This document shows positions 1 through 13,627 of a stretch of DNA of 64,000 nt, piece after piece; positions within the stretch are counted from its first letter, which is position 1; the number at the start of each line of letters is the position of its first letter. This DNA is from Octopus vulgaris (taxonomy: Eukaryota): contig OX597819.1 of NCBI GenBank assembly GCA_951406725.2, positions 62,496,001 to 62,560,000 on the forward strand. The letters run 5' to 3'. The position numbers and the translations under genes are program-made. Below the pieces are notes generated by a model. The model saw only the letters and a list, made by a program, of their open reading frames with translations, was not told the origin of the DNA and did no database searches.

Positions 1-120
1 ACATCGTTCCGGGTTCAGTCTCACTGCGTGTCACCTTGGGCAAGTGTCTTCTACTATAGCCTCGGGCCGACTAAAGCCTTGTGAGTGGATTTGGTAGACG
101 GAAACTGAAAGAAGCGCGTC

Positions 121-150
<30 letters not shown>

Positions 151-154
<4 letters not shown>

Positions 155-585
155 ATAAATATTAGGGAATAAATCCAAACTTACAGGGAAAAATCAGATT
201 TAGGATTGAATCCAATTTTATAGTAAAATATTATATTATATTAAATTAGAGACAAAACCACTATTAGGCAAATCAAACAATGAAAGACTTAAGCCAATAC
301 ATAAATTAATTTATATTATTTAAATATGTAACAATTATTAAAAAAATATAATTAATATCCACAACGATCGTTTCCTGGCTGCTGTCATCAAATTTTTAGG
401 TCGCAGTCATTCATCAGGTGTTTCAAAATTTTTCTTGGCGTGTTTTAAACAATCGCAGTGGATATTAATTATATTTTTTTAATAATTGTTACATATTTAA
501 ATAATACAAATTAATTTATGTATTGGCTTAAGTCTTTCATTGTTTGATTTTCCTAATAGTGGTTTTGTCTCTAATTTAATTTAAT
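151..585. mobile_element. Foldback non-coding element carrying a hammerhead motif (Penelope/retrozyme-like)
   Basis: ~120-bp inverted arms at 241-362 and 458-580, with (TA)n on both sides. The arm terminus recurs at ~42782. Confidence 0.7.
360..420 (-). ncRNA. Minimal type I hammerhead ribozyme
   Basis: Minus strand: CAC-CTGATGA-A-TGACTGC…GCAGCCA-G-GAAAC-GATC-GTT-GTG. Stem I CAC/GTG; palindromic stem III ACGATCGT. Confidence 0.7.
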
Positions 586-602
586 ATGATATAATATATA
601 AT

Positions 603-671
<69 letters not shown>

Positions 672-1192
672 GTATGTATATGTGTGTGTGCGTGTGTGTA
701 TGTTTGTGTGTCTGTGTTTGTAGCCCCCAACATCGCTTGACAACTGATGCTGGTGTGTTTACGTCCCCGTAACTTAGCGGTTCGGCAAAAGAGACCGATA
801 GAATAAGTACTAGGCTTACAAAGAATAAATTTTGAGATCGATTTGCTTGACTAAAGGTGGTGCTCCAGCATGGCCGCAGTGAAATGACTGAAACAAGTAA
901 AAGAGTAAAATAGTACTGTACTGTTTCTACTTCGCGGATTTTCAAGTAAAAGTGTATACTAGCTGACCCTGTACCGTCAAAAATGAAAGTTAATTGTAGT
1001 ATTTTGTATATAAATAAGGTAATAATAATCACAGGTGAAACATTTACATATTTTCCTTGTACACGCACACTCATACACACATATCCTCAAACATGAGAAA
1101 GTAAAACACTTATAAATAGATTTACAGTCGACAGACTAAAATTTCGACCACCTCATACACAACATTATTTATTATAAGTCTTAAAAACGTAC

Positions 1193-1590
1193 ACTCTTTT
1201 ACTCTTTTATTTGTTTCAGTCATTTGACTGCGGCCATGTTGGAGCACCGCCTTTAGTCGAGCAAATCGACCCCACGACGACTTATTCTTTGTAAGCCTAG
1301 TACTTATTCTATCGGTTCATTTTGCCGAACCGCTAATTTACGGGGACGTAAACATACAAGCATCGGTTGTCAATCGATGTTGGGGTGACAAACACAGACA
1401 CACAAACATATACACACACACATATATATATACATATATACGACGGGCTTCTTTCAGTTTCCGTCTACCAAATCCACTCACAAGGCTTTGGTATATAGTA
1501 GAAAATACTTGCCCAAGGCGCCACGTAGTGGGACTGAACCTGGAACCATGTGGTTGTTAAGCAAGCTACTTACCACACAGCCACTCCACT
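1193..1590 (-). mobile_element. SINE family A
   Basis: Reverse complement of the family A head, body and tail. Confidence 0.85.
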
Positions 1591-1704
1591 GCCTGTTGAA
1601 CTTAACTTAAAACTCTTTACAAAAAATGATTTGAACCTTTTCCTTAAAGACCAAACGTTGTTTGATCTTCCTTTTCGTGTTGAACGTTCACCATCCCATT
1701 ACCA

Positions 1705-1793
<89 letters not shown>

Positions 1794-2015
1794 AACATTT
1801 ACATACTTCCATTTTAATTATACACACATATACTCTCACAGAGTTGAAACGCTGATTTTGTTTTCACTTCTTCCTTATCTATCACCTCTTCCTTTCTCCA
1901 TTGCTATTACTTTCTTTCACTCTCTCTTTCACTCTCTCTCTCACTACTTTTCCTTCACTGAATTACTATTTCTCTCCTCTTCCTTCACTTACACTACTCT
2001 TTCTCCTACTCCTAC

Positions 2016-2375
2016 TCTAGTACTTATTCTTTAAAGTCTAGTATTTAGTCTATCGGACTCTTTGGCTGAACGGCTAAGTTAAAATAAGGGTCGTAAACGA
2101 ATCCACAGCGTTTGTCTTTGTCAAGCTATGGTGCGAGACAAACACAAACATAAAGATACGCACTCATATAACGCATACACACACAAAACACACACATACA
2201 CACACACACAAATACACACACGAACATACACATAACTGGCTTCCACACAGTTTCCGTCAACCAAATCCACTCACAAGTTTTTGGTCGGTCCTGTGCTGTT
2301 GCAGAAGTCACGTCCCCCAAGGTGTTGCGTCGTAGAACAGAAACCACTTGGTTGTAAAGCCAGCTTCTTAACCAC
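2016..2375 (-). mobile_element. SINE family A, diverged
   Basis: cagtttccgtcaaccaaatccactcacaag and degenerate flanking family sequence. Confidence 0.7.
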
Positions 2376-3872
2376 ATAATATAATTCGATGGTAGTTTTT
2401 GGTTGTTTTAACATCAATGGACCAGTAAATCTGTAGATCTGCAGACAAAATAACTTGTGGTATTTTATTTTGTCTATTTAAATTCTGAGTTCAATCATAC
2501 CACGAATAACTCTGCCTTTCATGTAGTCAGTGTCGATAATGTGAATGTCTGTCAAACTCTTTGATTAATCATCCCCACTAAATTTTTGACTTTATGCCTG
2601 TCTAAAAAGTCATTACAGAACAATAATACACTGTTCATAAATTATCTTTACAACTTTCACGAGTTATATCGTATCATCTGGACGTGTTGCGTACAACCAA
2701 GTGAGCCTACGTAGAAGAGTTCTGATGTTTCTTGCAAAGCCTTATTTGTCAATAAACTCTGCTGAGCTTTCCTTATTTTCCATTTTTGCCAATAAACTCT
2801 GCTGAGTTTTCATTTTTTTTTCTGAAATTGTTTTTGAAAATTCATTTATTCTGAATTGTTTCTGAAATTGTAAAGGTAATTTATATACATCCTGTATAAT
2901 TAATAGAGTTGCAGACAAAATTACCTCTGAGTATTTATTATATCTCTTTTCTGTTCAGTGTTCAAATCCCGCTTGGTCTGTCTTTATCTCTAATCTTTTT
3001 TTGCATCCCTGCTTTCTGAAAAACTGGGCCCACAGAAGGGAAGGTAGGCTGGACAGAATTCTATATCAGCATAACTAGTCTCTGCCTCCTGCATACTGAA
3101 ACGACCTCACCTCCCCCCTGCTAGTATTGACTTCACCATTCCCCCTTCCAAGGGTCGATAAAATAAACTCCCATGAAGAACTGGCATTAATTAAATCGAA
3201 TACATCGCTTTCCCACCACTCACGCGCGCTCAAGATTCCTGGCTTTGTGTTAATATAAGAAATCTTTAATTAGCTACTTACTTAAATAAATAACTAATAA
3301 CAAACACATTAATTAATTTGCTACTTAATTTATTTACCTCTCTATTGATTTGTCGCTTCTATTTATATATGTCTATTTATCTAATTATTTCTCTATTTAT
3401 TTATGTGTTACAACAGGAAGAAAAAGAAGAAAAAACACGAAAAATAAAAAAAGAAAATGTCTAAAAAATTTAGAAATATTTGCTATTTCGCCTAACGTCA
3501 GCGGGAAAAATATACAAAATATAAAAATGGGAACTGTAAACTGAAACGAAATAAAAGGACGACGAAATAAAAAAAATATAATAATAAAAAAGACATGACT
3601 ATTAAATCATTAAATATTTAACAAATTCATCGGAAGAATTAGAAAGATATCGACTTAATATAATGAAGTTGGTGGGGGTGCTAAAAAAAACTACACAAAT
3701 TTTTTGTTATACGCATCCCATGAAGAATTGTTTCGTTTGTTTCACCAAACATTATTAATTTAACCAATAGTTATTAATTTACTTCATACTTTCATTATGT
3801 TTATTTTTTCATCTTTCTCAATGCTTCAGTATGACCAGAAATCGAAGCGGATAAAAACCAATTAAAGAACGA

Positions 3873-4001
<129 letters not shown>

Positions 4002-4201
4002 GCTCTAATATCTACACAGCCTTGGTTTTTTTTTTATCTTATTACGCAAAAAATTCTTACACACACATATCAAAACGAGAGATTGGAAAATTGTTTGGCA
4101 TTATTTATCAATCATTACACGTGTTTCATTTACTAATTTGCACATGTCTTCAAAAAATCTAAGATGTCTTCTATTAGAAATTCAGGCAGAAAAATCAAAC
4201 A

Positions 4202-4255
<54 letters not shown>

Positions 4256-4569
4256 CTTGCGCGCATTAACATAATAATAATCAATAATCTTCTTTAGTAA
4301 GTTTTACCTATCATTTATCTTCATTACCACACCACACCGCACCCCGCTCACACTTCATTTATTCTTGTTGCAACAGAATTTGATCCCGTCACCTTAGAAT
4401 CATTAAACTTCATCGGTGACTTCAGCGATATCTCGCCACCTGAATAATATATTTTGGGTTCCTAAGTGATCCAGCATCACCTGTCAACAACGGATAGATT
4501 ACTGTAAGAATAAGTGAAACGTAACCAAAATAAAAAGGGACAAAAGAAAAAAAAATCAACAAAATTTAC

Positions 4570-4800
4570 TTCTTCCCGAGTCGTATAGACTCATAAGGCC
4601 TGTTTCCTGGTTTCTGCAGTATATATATATTCGCTCCTGGATGGGATGCTGGGCCATTGCAGCATCACTTTGGACTGAAGCAACGTGAAATGATGTGTTT
4701 TTGTTCGAGAACGTAACGCATCCCCTGGTCTAGGAATCGAAACTACAACTCCACGATCATAAGTGAAACATCCAAAACCACTGAGTCACCCGCCTCCATA
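4570..4800 (-). mobile_element. Diverged tRNA-derived SINE (family C-like)
   Basis: ggtctaggaatcgaaactacaa…aaccactgag resembles the copies at 28940-29231 and 35994-36315. Confidence 0.5.
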
Positions 4801-5445
4801 AACGTATTAATAAACATAACAGTAACGGAAACAGCAACATCTGCAGCGAAATCAGTTATCGGGGATAGTATAACAGAAACGTTAATTGTGGCCTCGTTCA
4901 TTATAGAAATTATAATCAAAGAGCAACATCGATAACAACAACAACAGCAGCAGCAGTAATCACCACCACCACCACAACAACAATAACAAAAGCATCTTCT
5001 GCAGTCAAGTGCAACAACAACAACAACAGCAGCAGCAGCAGGAAGTATAACAACAGTAATGTTAACTGTGGCCTTGTTCATTATAGAAACTATAACCAGA
5101 GCAACAGCAACAGTAGTAGCAGGAGCAGTAGCAGCAGCAGCAGTAAAAGCGGTAATATTAACAATGGAGTAGTGTTGCAACAGCTGGTGGTGTTATGCAA
5201 ATTATAACAGAAACATTAGCAGCAGTGATAATGATAGAAGAGCATACCATCACAAACAACAACGACAACAACAACATTAATAGGAATATCGGACAAAGGG
5301 GAAGAAATTACTATGGTTATGTGCAACTACAGCAAGAACAACAATTGCAACAACAACAATAATACCGAAGGAAGGAGAAATTACACTGGTTAAAATAATA
5401 ACAGCAGCGACAACAATAACAGTAACAACAACAGGAATATAACGA
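4800..5445. repeat. Degenerate (ACA/GCA)n low-complexity region with a ~50-bp internal duplication
   Basis: Trinucleotide runs; gttaa(t/c)tgtggcct(c/t)gttcattatagaaa occurs twice (~4881, ~5062). Confidence 0.8.
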
Positions 5446-6083
5446 CAATATGTGTCCAGCTTATGTCAGCATTTTGTCGATAGAATGTGCACCAAGAGAT
5501 TGGTTTCGTGTAATGATCAAAGCGGAGAATAATTGACCAGCGGAAAGTCATGTGAGTCAGCAGAATGATTTGATCTCAGTTCTGTAGTTTTACTTAAAAA
5601 AGCCGCCCATGTATTTTAATGCTACCTCTGCTCAAAGCGTGCAGCCAATATCAAAGTGAACTGTGCCGTTCAGAATTTTTAAGATTTGTCTACGGATACA
5701 ACGATCTGTTGGTGTCAAAATACGCAGTGCTAACCTCTTGGCTTCTTGTCCATTGTGTTATATCCATTGTGTTATTATAGCGGTTCAGTCATCCGCAACT
5801 TGTATTATTTAACTGTTTGAAACTGCATGCCACTACACGCTTTCAAATAAACAAACGTATTCGTATGCATACACGTATATACTGACACATACATAGACGC
5901 CAAATTCACAAATACACTTATACACCCGTTTATACATGTACACACATACTCGAAGCAGTAAAACGACACGAATCGCTGACCACATCAGATGCTTCTTCGA
6001 TATCCCACTATCATAGAGTAACTATAATTAAATTTCATTGCAGGACCACGTCCGAAACGTTTTTCTATTTTTGGTCATATCTT

Positions 6084-6230
<147 letters not shown>

Positions 6231-6834
6231 TTTCTGCTTTTAATTTCTTGGAACTACAGCATCGTTTTTATGCTCAAAATAACGTGATGGAGAACTCTTC
6301 AAAGCAGAGCAAAAAGCAGTCCTTTGACTCAGGGAGCTGAATCTGTAAGGCATGTTTCGATTCCGTCTAGAAAATAATGTCCTTGCCTCTCATAAGTAAG
6401 GTGCACGAATACCATAAATTCTTAAACCCCCTTGACTATACAAATATATACACAGAAAAAAGAGAAAGTGTGTTCCTGGAAATCACAAAGTTACTTTTTG
6501 GAGAGCCGAGACTGTTAGCCGGTTTCGTTACTCGGGTGACACAAATTCCCTTCCTCTACAAAGATAATGCTGTTTCGTTGAATGTTATAAAGCATCATAT
6601 TTCTCCACTATAAAGTTGAAAAAATATCTGCATAAATAAGAAACTATTCTTTTGTTCACATGCCCTTCTTTATAATTTTTATACGGGTGCAGTAATCGAG
6701 TACAGTGTTTTAGAACGTCACCAAAAACGAAATTTTCGGTTTTTGATTCAACGGAAGAGATAAGTGGAGTTGCTTCCTGTTACTTTATCGAGTTCAACAA
6801 GAGGACTGCGACTTAAAACGGTGATACAAAACAC

Positions 6835-7965
6835 ATGTCAACGTTTACATTACAGCTGCTGCAGATTTTCGCTGCAGTGGGGTTTTCATCTGTTAGTGAT
6901 TGCGAAGTAGGGGATATGGTCATGGATTCAACACAGTGGTGGCTGCAGGATACAAACCAGCTAAATCTCAGCGTCTTATCAACTCAGCCGTCTACACTCT
7001 CAATAAAGCATTTGGTCACGTTCAATTCATACTCCAACAAAACTATGCCTTTGTTATTTAATTCTGAAAACGAAGCTCTTCGAATAATACTTATAGTTAT
7101 TTACTACGTGTTGTTAATACCCGTTTTTGGTGGAAATTTGTTGTTAATAATCGCCACATTTAAATGTAAACAGTTGCACACACGAACTAACACTCTGGTG
7201 GCCAACAGTGCTTGCAGTGATATGATTTTCGGAACATTTTTGATAGTTTACGAAATAATCCTCTTACAGTTAAAGCGAGTGATTCCGGGGCAGGTTTTAG
7301 AAGTCATTTATCTAATATTTTTCCGTACTGGAATTTCTATATCTTTGTCCAATCTGCTTTTGATAACAGCTGAAAGATATTTTTCAGTGTTATGGCCATT
7401 TTGTTACGAGGCACACGTGACCAACCGCAGTATTATAGTGGGCATAAGTCTGTCTTGGCTTGTGAATATACCGCTATGTACAGCCTCTTGGCTTCTCGAA
7501 GTGAAGCTACAAGCGATCAAAGAAAACCTTGAGGAACATCCGGTGTTTGTGGACTCTACAGCATACGATTACGTCTGGCTGGCATTCTGTCTACTCGAGT
7601 TTAGTTTATCGATATATTTTTATGCTAGAGTAATATGCGTTAGCTGGCGACAACTCAAAACAATACACCGGAACAACAGTGTAGATGATGGGCTGGCAAG
7701 AAGAGACTTATATAAGGCCAAAAGAAGGTCTTTGTTTCTAGGTGCGTTCATTGTTTTATGGTCTCCAATATTTTGCTTTAAGATTTTACGACAGTTCTGC
7801 CGTGATATACTTCCGACGGAAGTACTCTCTAGGTTCGGCAACTTTCTGGTAAAGTTGAACTACTGCATAAATTTCATTGTTTATGCTGCTACGAAGACAT
7901 ATCGTTCGGCATTCAAAGACCTTTTCTGTTCGCGGCGAGTTTCCTCGCGCGTTTTTGTACTCTGA
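6835..7965 (+). CDS. Intronless class A (rhodopsin-like) orphan GPCR, 376 aa; true start may be a downstream Met
   Basis: Seven hydrophobic segments. TM1 GN (FGGNLL), TM2 Asp (SACSD), TM3 ERY, TM4 Trp, TM6 WSP, TM7 NYCINFIVY, helix 8 YRSAF. N-terminal sequons NLS and NKT. Confidence 0.9.
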   Translation: MSTFTLQLLQIFAAVGFSSVSDCEVGDMVMDSTQWWLQDTNQLNLSVLSTQPSTLSIKHLVTFNSYSNKTMPLLFNSENEALRIILIVIYYVLLIPVFGGNLLLIIATFKCKQLHTRTNTLVANSACSDMIFGTFLIVYEIILLQLKRVIPGQVLEVIYLIFFRTGISISLSNLLLITAERYFSVLWPFCYEAHVTNRSIIVGISLSWLVNIPLCTASWLLEVKLQAIKENLEEHPVFVDSTAYDYVWLAFCLLEFSLSIYFYARVICVSWRQLKTIHRNNSVDDGLARRDLYKAKRRSLFLGAFIVLWSPIFCFKILRQFCRDILPTEVLSRFGNFLVKLNYCINFIVYAATKTYRSAFKDLFCSRRVSSRVFVL

Positions 7966-8229
7966 ATGTTAGTAAATTATATTTGTACTACTGTCATTGT
8001 TATTCATAATATTATTATGACATTATTCTGATTGAATATGTTCGGATGTTACACATGAACTGGAATCAAATGTGAACCCCATATCCTTTGCAAAATGGAC
8101 AAGTTATTCTGTAGGGCACGACGCGAAAGATGTTTTTCTAATGTAAAAGAAGACTGATCGAAAATTGAAAGTTTTTTATTTTTAAATAAAGGGTAAATGA
8201 ATTTAATAATATGTATACATATATATATA

Positions 8230-9489
8230 TTGGGTTGTCTCACATGAACTGTTGCATTTAAAAAAGGAAACATTAAAATTGCTTAAGTTTTAGAATATTA
8301 ATTAACCAAAGTATGATCCTTGTTCATTTATGACCTTCATCCAACGTTCCTCTAAATAATATATTCCATCTTCAAAGAATTTGTCATCTGTTACACTGAT
8401 AAACTGTTCGAATGCTTCAAATACCTCTTCTTTATTTAAGACTGTTTCATTGTGTATAGCAAGCTCGAAGTGTTTAAATATTTGATTATCAGTAGGAGAG
8501 ATATCAGGAGAATAAGGAGGATGTACCAAAATTTCCTAATTCAGGCTTTGCAACTTGCGGACCGTAGCTTGAGAAGCGTGAGGCCGTGCATTATCATCGA
8601 GCAAAACTGGACCATCTCTATTCACTAATCTGGTATGCTTCTTTTTTAATTTTTCCTGCATACAATCAATTTCCTGACAATAGGATGTTGCTGTTACAAT
8701 GTTTCCTTGTTACAAAAATGAATAAGGAATAATCCCCTTTGTTGACCACCATACAGCGACCATCAACTTTTTAGGGTATAATAGTGGTTTTGGGTAGTGT
8801 TTTGGTGACTCTCCTGCATCTAACCACTGTCCTAGCCTCCTGCTGTTATTAAAGAGTATCCATTTGTCATCACACGTAATGAGTCGATACAAAAATGGTT
8901 CTCTTTTCAACCGTGAAATCAACATGGAACACACTGTAAGGCGTCTGTTTCTTTGAATCTCATGAAGTCGATGGGAAACAAACCTGTCCATCTTTTTGCC
9001 GTTTCCAATCTTCTTCAAGTGTCGAGAAGCAGTTACGGGAGATGTCTGGAGCTCTGATACGACTTTTAGGACCGTTGTTCTCGGATTTCGTTTAACCAAA
9101 GCATTCAATTCATCATGCCGAATAATTGATTTTGGTCTCCCTCTTGGTTCATTTTTAAGGCTTTCATTTCCTGAAATAAATTTTTGGAATCATCTCTGAA
9201 CAGTTCTAATGTCAACAGAATCGTTACCAAAAGCTCACTCGATGTTTCATAGAGCTTCGGTGGCAGAGTGACACAACTTGTATTCGTACAAGAAAATCAC
9301 TCGGTATTGTTCAGTTGTCAACATTGTCATAAGAGCTGTAGGTAGCAATATTGAATAACAGTATTCTCTAGAAAGAAAAAGTGTTAAGAGTAAATTCAAG
9401 CATATACATAGAAACTCATTAAAAATCCATTTATAGATGACTCATAAGAAACCCATTTAAAATACGGCATTTCACGTGAGACAACCTAA
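8230..9489 (-). mobile_element. Full-length defective mariner (DD34D) transposon
   Basis: TIRs ttgggttgtctcacatgaa / ttcacgtgagacaacctaa with TA on both sides. Fragments ITCDDKW, DDNARPH and HPPYSPDISPTD are broken by frameshift and stops. Confidence 0.92.
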
Positions 9490-9946
9490 TACTTATTACA
9501 AATAAATAACGAATCTAGTATTCATATTATTCTGCTTCTAAATGTGTGTGTTTGTATGATTCTCTTTGAGAGATTGAAAAAGAAAAAATTTTATTTTTTA
9601 CGAAATGTGAAATTAAGGGGAAAAATGTGAAAAAATGTGAAAATAATTTCCTGGATGAGAAGTGTAAGTTTATTTATATATTTCTAATATAAAAGATAAA
9701 CAACCATAACATTCCTCATTAATTAACCGCTAAAATCCATTATCAGAACAGACACAAAGTCACTTAGACTCGAATACATAAGAGTCTAATAGTTTGTGAT
9801 GAATATTAATGTCTTGTTTAATTCTTCCACAGCGATTCAAAATGTTTTATCAAACTGGATGCTTTATAATATCTACTGTCCAATATTTACTTCATTATCA
9901 TTATTGAATACTTTAGTCTTTTCATTTAATCTTTTCTGCGAAAATA

Positions 9947-11137
9947 TTGGGTTGTCCTGAAAGTTCGTGCCGATTTTTAAAGGAAAGAAAAAGGTCAATG
10001 AATACTTGCCATTACATTTTTAATCAGCCAATTTTGCGTCTCCCTCTTTCCTTTAACATGAAACTACCCTCTTTCCAGAATTGAGGTGGTTTCATGGCAA
10101 AGAATTCATCAAGGTATCTTTTTACGTCATCCAAGGAATTGAAATTTTTACCATTAAGACTATTCTGCAGAGACCTGAATAAGTGGAAATCCGAAGGAGC
10201 AATATCTGGTGAATATGGCGGGTGGGGTAACACATCCCAACCGAGCTGCAGCAAATTTTGTCTGGTTCCCAAAGAAACGTGCGGTCTTGCATTATCATCT
10301 TGGAAAGCAACACCCTTCCTGTTCGACAATTCTGGACGTTTCTCTTGAATTGCTGCTTTAAACTCGTTCAGTTGTGTGCAGTATTTCTCAGAACTGTCTG
10401 GTTACTTGGGAGAAGCTCATAGTACAGAATTCCTTTCCAATCCCAACAGACACAAAGCAAGTCTTTTTTAGGGTGAAGACCCGCTCTTGGGGAGGCTAAG
10501 TGTGGCTCATGTCGCTTACTCCAGGATCGCTTTCTCTGAACATTTCGGTTAATAATCCATTTCTCATCACCTGTCAAAATTTTCATTCAGTTTATAAAGC
10601 GAATCACAGACGGAAATGCGATCCAAAAGGTTCTTCTCACTCAACTCATATGGTACCCAAACATCGTAGCGATTTGTGTACCCAAGATTTACCAGGTGCT
10701 CATGAACGACGGATTTTGATAGGTTGAGGCTTTCTACCAGTTCTCGGTTTGTGTAATGTGGGTTATACTCAATTAATGACTTGATTTTGTAATCATCTGT
10801 AGTGGATGGTCTGCCTGATCGCTCTTTATCAATAAGGCTACAATCTCCAGCTAGGAACCTTGCGAACCACTTCCGTACAGTTCTTTCGGATAAAGAAACA
10901 TCACCGTAAACTGTGCATATTTCTTTGGTTGCTTATGAACTTTCTTATCTTCCATTTTAAAGGGTTACAGAATTAAAACAGGTTATATGAACATAAACCT
11001 TCTTCCACGAAAAGATAGCTTAAACTGTGCTCTAAATGGAGGTGTAGTCAAATCCTATTTTATGGACTCAACCATGTTCTAAAATAATTCGAAAGGTAAG
11101 TTACTATAAATCGGCAGGAACTTTCCGGACAACCCAA
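9947..11137 (-). mobile_element. Defective mariner transposon (second family)
   Basis: TIRs ttgggttgtcc(t/g)gaaagttc with TA flanks. Motifs TGDEKW, DNARPH and HPPYSPDIAPSDFHLF lie in different frames. Confidence 0.92.
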
Positions 11138-11888
11138 TACTTCCACTTTTAGCGTCTTTTTGCAAACATTTTATTTTTACTTTTGACAAGGTACAAAAAA
11201 GTTATGACTTTTCTCAACCAATACACTGAGCAACATAAAAAATGATGTACGTTGGAAAGAGTTGAAAGCTGAAGCATTTGCGTTCACAGAAAATAGAGTT
11301 CCTTGAAAATATGAAATGCATTTTAGACGAGGTCCCGACATCAAGCAGTAGAACGTATTTACAATTGATGAAATCGGCGATGTGGTAAATCGGCATAAAG
11401 TAGCCCCTCGGAGTCCCCTCCAGAAAACAGATATAATATATCGAAGAAATACATCATAAATAAAGATTTCATATTTAATCTTGACTCTACGCGTTATTTA
11501 TTTTCTTTGTTATTTCCTAATGGCGAGTAAGGAGAACAGCTTGCTGAAGAATGACAAACCAGTGCTTGAAATATGGTAAGTTTTGAAGAGATCTACTTCG
11601 AAGTAAGGTCTTAACAAAAAAGGTGGTTTCACGGACATTTACAAGTCAGAAAAAGCATTTTTTCAGCACTTTTTAATCGACGCCTACATCCAAGGCGAAG
11701 AGTACCGTTTATCGTTACAAATTTTGAAACAAACAATTTCAGAAGCGAGATAAAGATTGCAATGAATTAATAGATTACTTTTCAGCTAATGAAAATAAGA
11801 ATTTATTATATATATTGTCACTAACGCTATTAGTTATCTAAATTCTAATTTTTAAATAACTTTTTATTCACTATAAAAGCGGAATGCA

Positions 11889-12237
11889 TAAATTTCACGT
11901 GTTCATATTTTAGTTGAACTCAACAGTTGTTTCATTAAGGTAAACACAGCCAAATGTATATCTAAGTCAAATTAGCTTAAAACAGTATTTAGGCAATAAT
12001 CAGAAACGTTATGCTATCCTAATAAGAAATTTACCGGTTTAAATACTACCTCGATATATTCAAACCAATAACGGTTTTCTGATTAACATTCCTGTTGATT
12101 TTGGTAAACACTATTCTTAAATTAATTTGACTTAATTTAAGATAATCATATATCACAATCATGTAAATATACATTTGGTGGTGTTTACCTTATGGCCACA
12201 GCTGTTGAGCAAAAATTATGAACTACATGTGAAATTT
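11889..12237. mobile_element. Old foldback/MITE-like element
   Basis: Degenerate long inverted arms (aaatttcac…taaggtaaacac…caaatgtata / tatacatttgg…gtgtttacctta…gtgaaattt). Confidence 0.55.
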
Positions 12238-12312
12238 ACGGTTTTCTGAAAAAAATATGTTGCTCTTCAGTATCATTTTAGCCGATTATATATATATATA
12301 TATATATATATA

Positions 12313-13079
12313 CGGTTAAGTAATTGAGATTCAAGTGAATTCTAAAGAATTCACATGAATATGGTCCTTAACTAGGATGCACCGGAAATCTATATGGTGT
12401 TAACAATAGCAGTAACTGATTAAATTTCTACTTCCTTCCTCCTCTCTCTGTGATTCTTGTAAAATTCATTAACAACCTGAACCGCTACAATATAAGACTG
12501 TCATTTTGCTTCTCATTCGGATTCCCTGATATTTTTCGCATGATTGTACCCTAAATCTCTTCACAAAACTGGATTATGAACTATAAGGACATGCACATAT
12601 TCTGTAAGTTCAAGACTTTTCATCGGATCTCCAAGAATCGAACTTATCTGCGATTCTTGTAAATTTCAATAACAATCTGTTCCTCTACACGATATGACAG
12701 TCAATTTGCTTTTACTCAGACTTTCCTCTACATGATATGGCAGTCACTTTGCCTCTTACTCGGATTTTCAGAAATTTTGCATGACTGTATCCGAAAATTT
12801 CTTCACACAACTTGATTAAAAATTCAATATGAGCTATATGTAGACATGCACAAATTCTGTAAGTTTAAAACCTTTCATCGGATCTCCATGAATCGAACTT
12901 TCTTCAATGCAGTTAATCTTACAACCTCTTTTGTATCTACCCCTTTTGGGAATTCTCTGATGTTTTTTCGGCTGACGAGTACGAGCCATCTGTATTCACT
13001 GCATTTTTTGTAGCTTATTAAAGATGTCCTCGTACGAAACGATCGTACCGAGATTTTAATCCATTCTTGTTGCTTTTTT

Positions 13080-13081
<2 letters not shown>
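12313..13081 (+). mobile_element. Non-coding HHR element inserted in (TA)n, with an internal ~200-250-bp tandem duplication
   Basis: TA tracts on both sides. Units begin gattcttgtaaa at ~12452 and ~12652 and end …tcatcggatctcca(a/t)gaatcgaactt. Confidence 0.7.
12968..13051 (+). ncRNA. Canonical type I hammerhead ribozyme
   Basis: TCGG-CTGACGA-GTACGAG…CTCGTAC-GAAAC-GATC-GTA-CCGA. Perfect core and all three stems; GUA cleavage triplet. Confidence 0.88.
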
Positions 13082-13134
<53 letters not shown>

Positions 13135-13429
13135 CGATTTGCAAATGTATATATATATATATATATATATGCAAGTCAATCTATCGTTTTGGTAATTAGC
13201 GACATGTTGCTAATTGAGTTCTTTGTTAGCGTAGATACCGTTTGCTCATGTCTGGCTTTATCAAATGTGATACCAAATTTGAAAAGATAATGTATGACCA
13301 AAACGGCCGTAGAGTGGTTTCTCTGATACAGAAATTAAAAAAAAAAAAAAGTCTATGCATGCATCATGTATGGCATATTTGGACTGCTAGAAGACAAATA
13401 GGTTTGAATCCGCTTGAAGAAAAATGTTC

Positions 13430-13460
<31 letters not shown>

Positions 13461-13553
13461 TGTATGTATGTATGTATGTATGTATGTATGTATGCATGTA
13501 TATATGTATGTATGCATGCATGTATGTATGTATGTATGTATGTATGTATGTAT

Positions 13554-13626
<73 letters not shown>

Positions 13627-13627
<1 letters not shown>

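Larger units (their letters stand above)
1..906 (+). mobile_element. tRNA-derived SINE family A (central TA/TG microsatellite), 5' end outside window, split by an insertion at ~151-585
   Basis: Matches the intact copy at 38098-38480 (…ccttgggcaagtgtcttctactatagc…gtagacggaaactgaaagaag…; tail …ccagcatggccgcag…actgaaac). Confidence 0.85.

Noticed and set aside
11540-11585. CTGAAGA…GAAA
   Set aside because: No convincing stems II or III.
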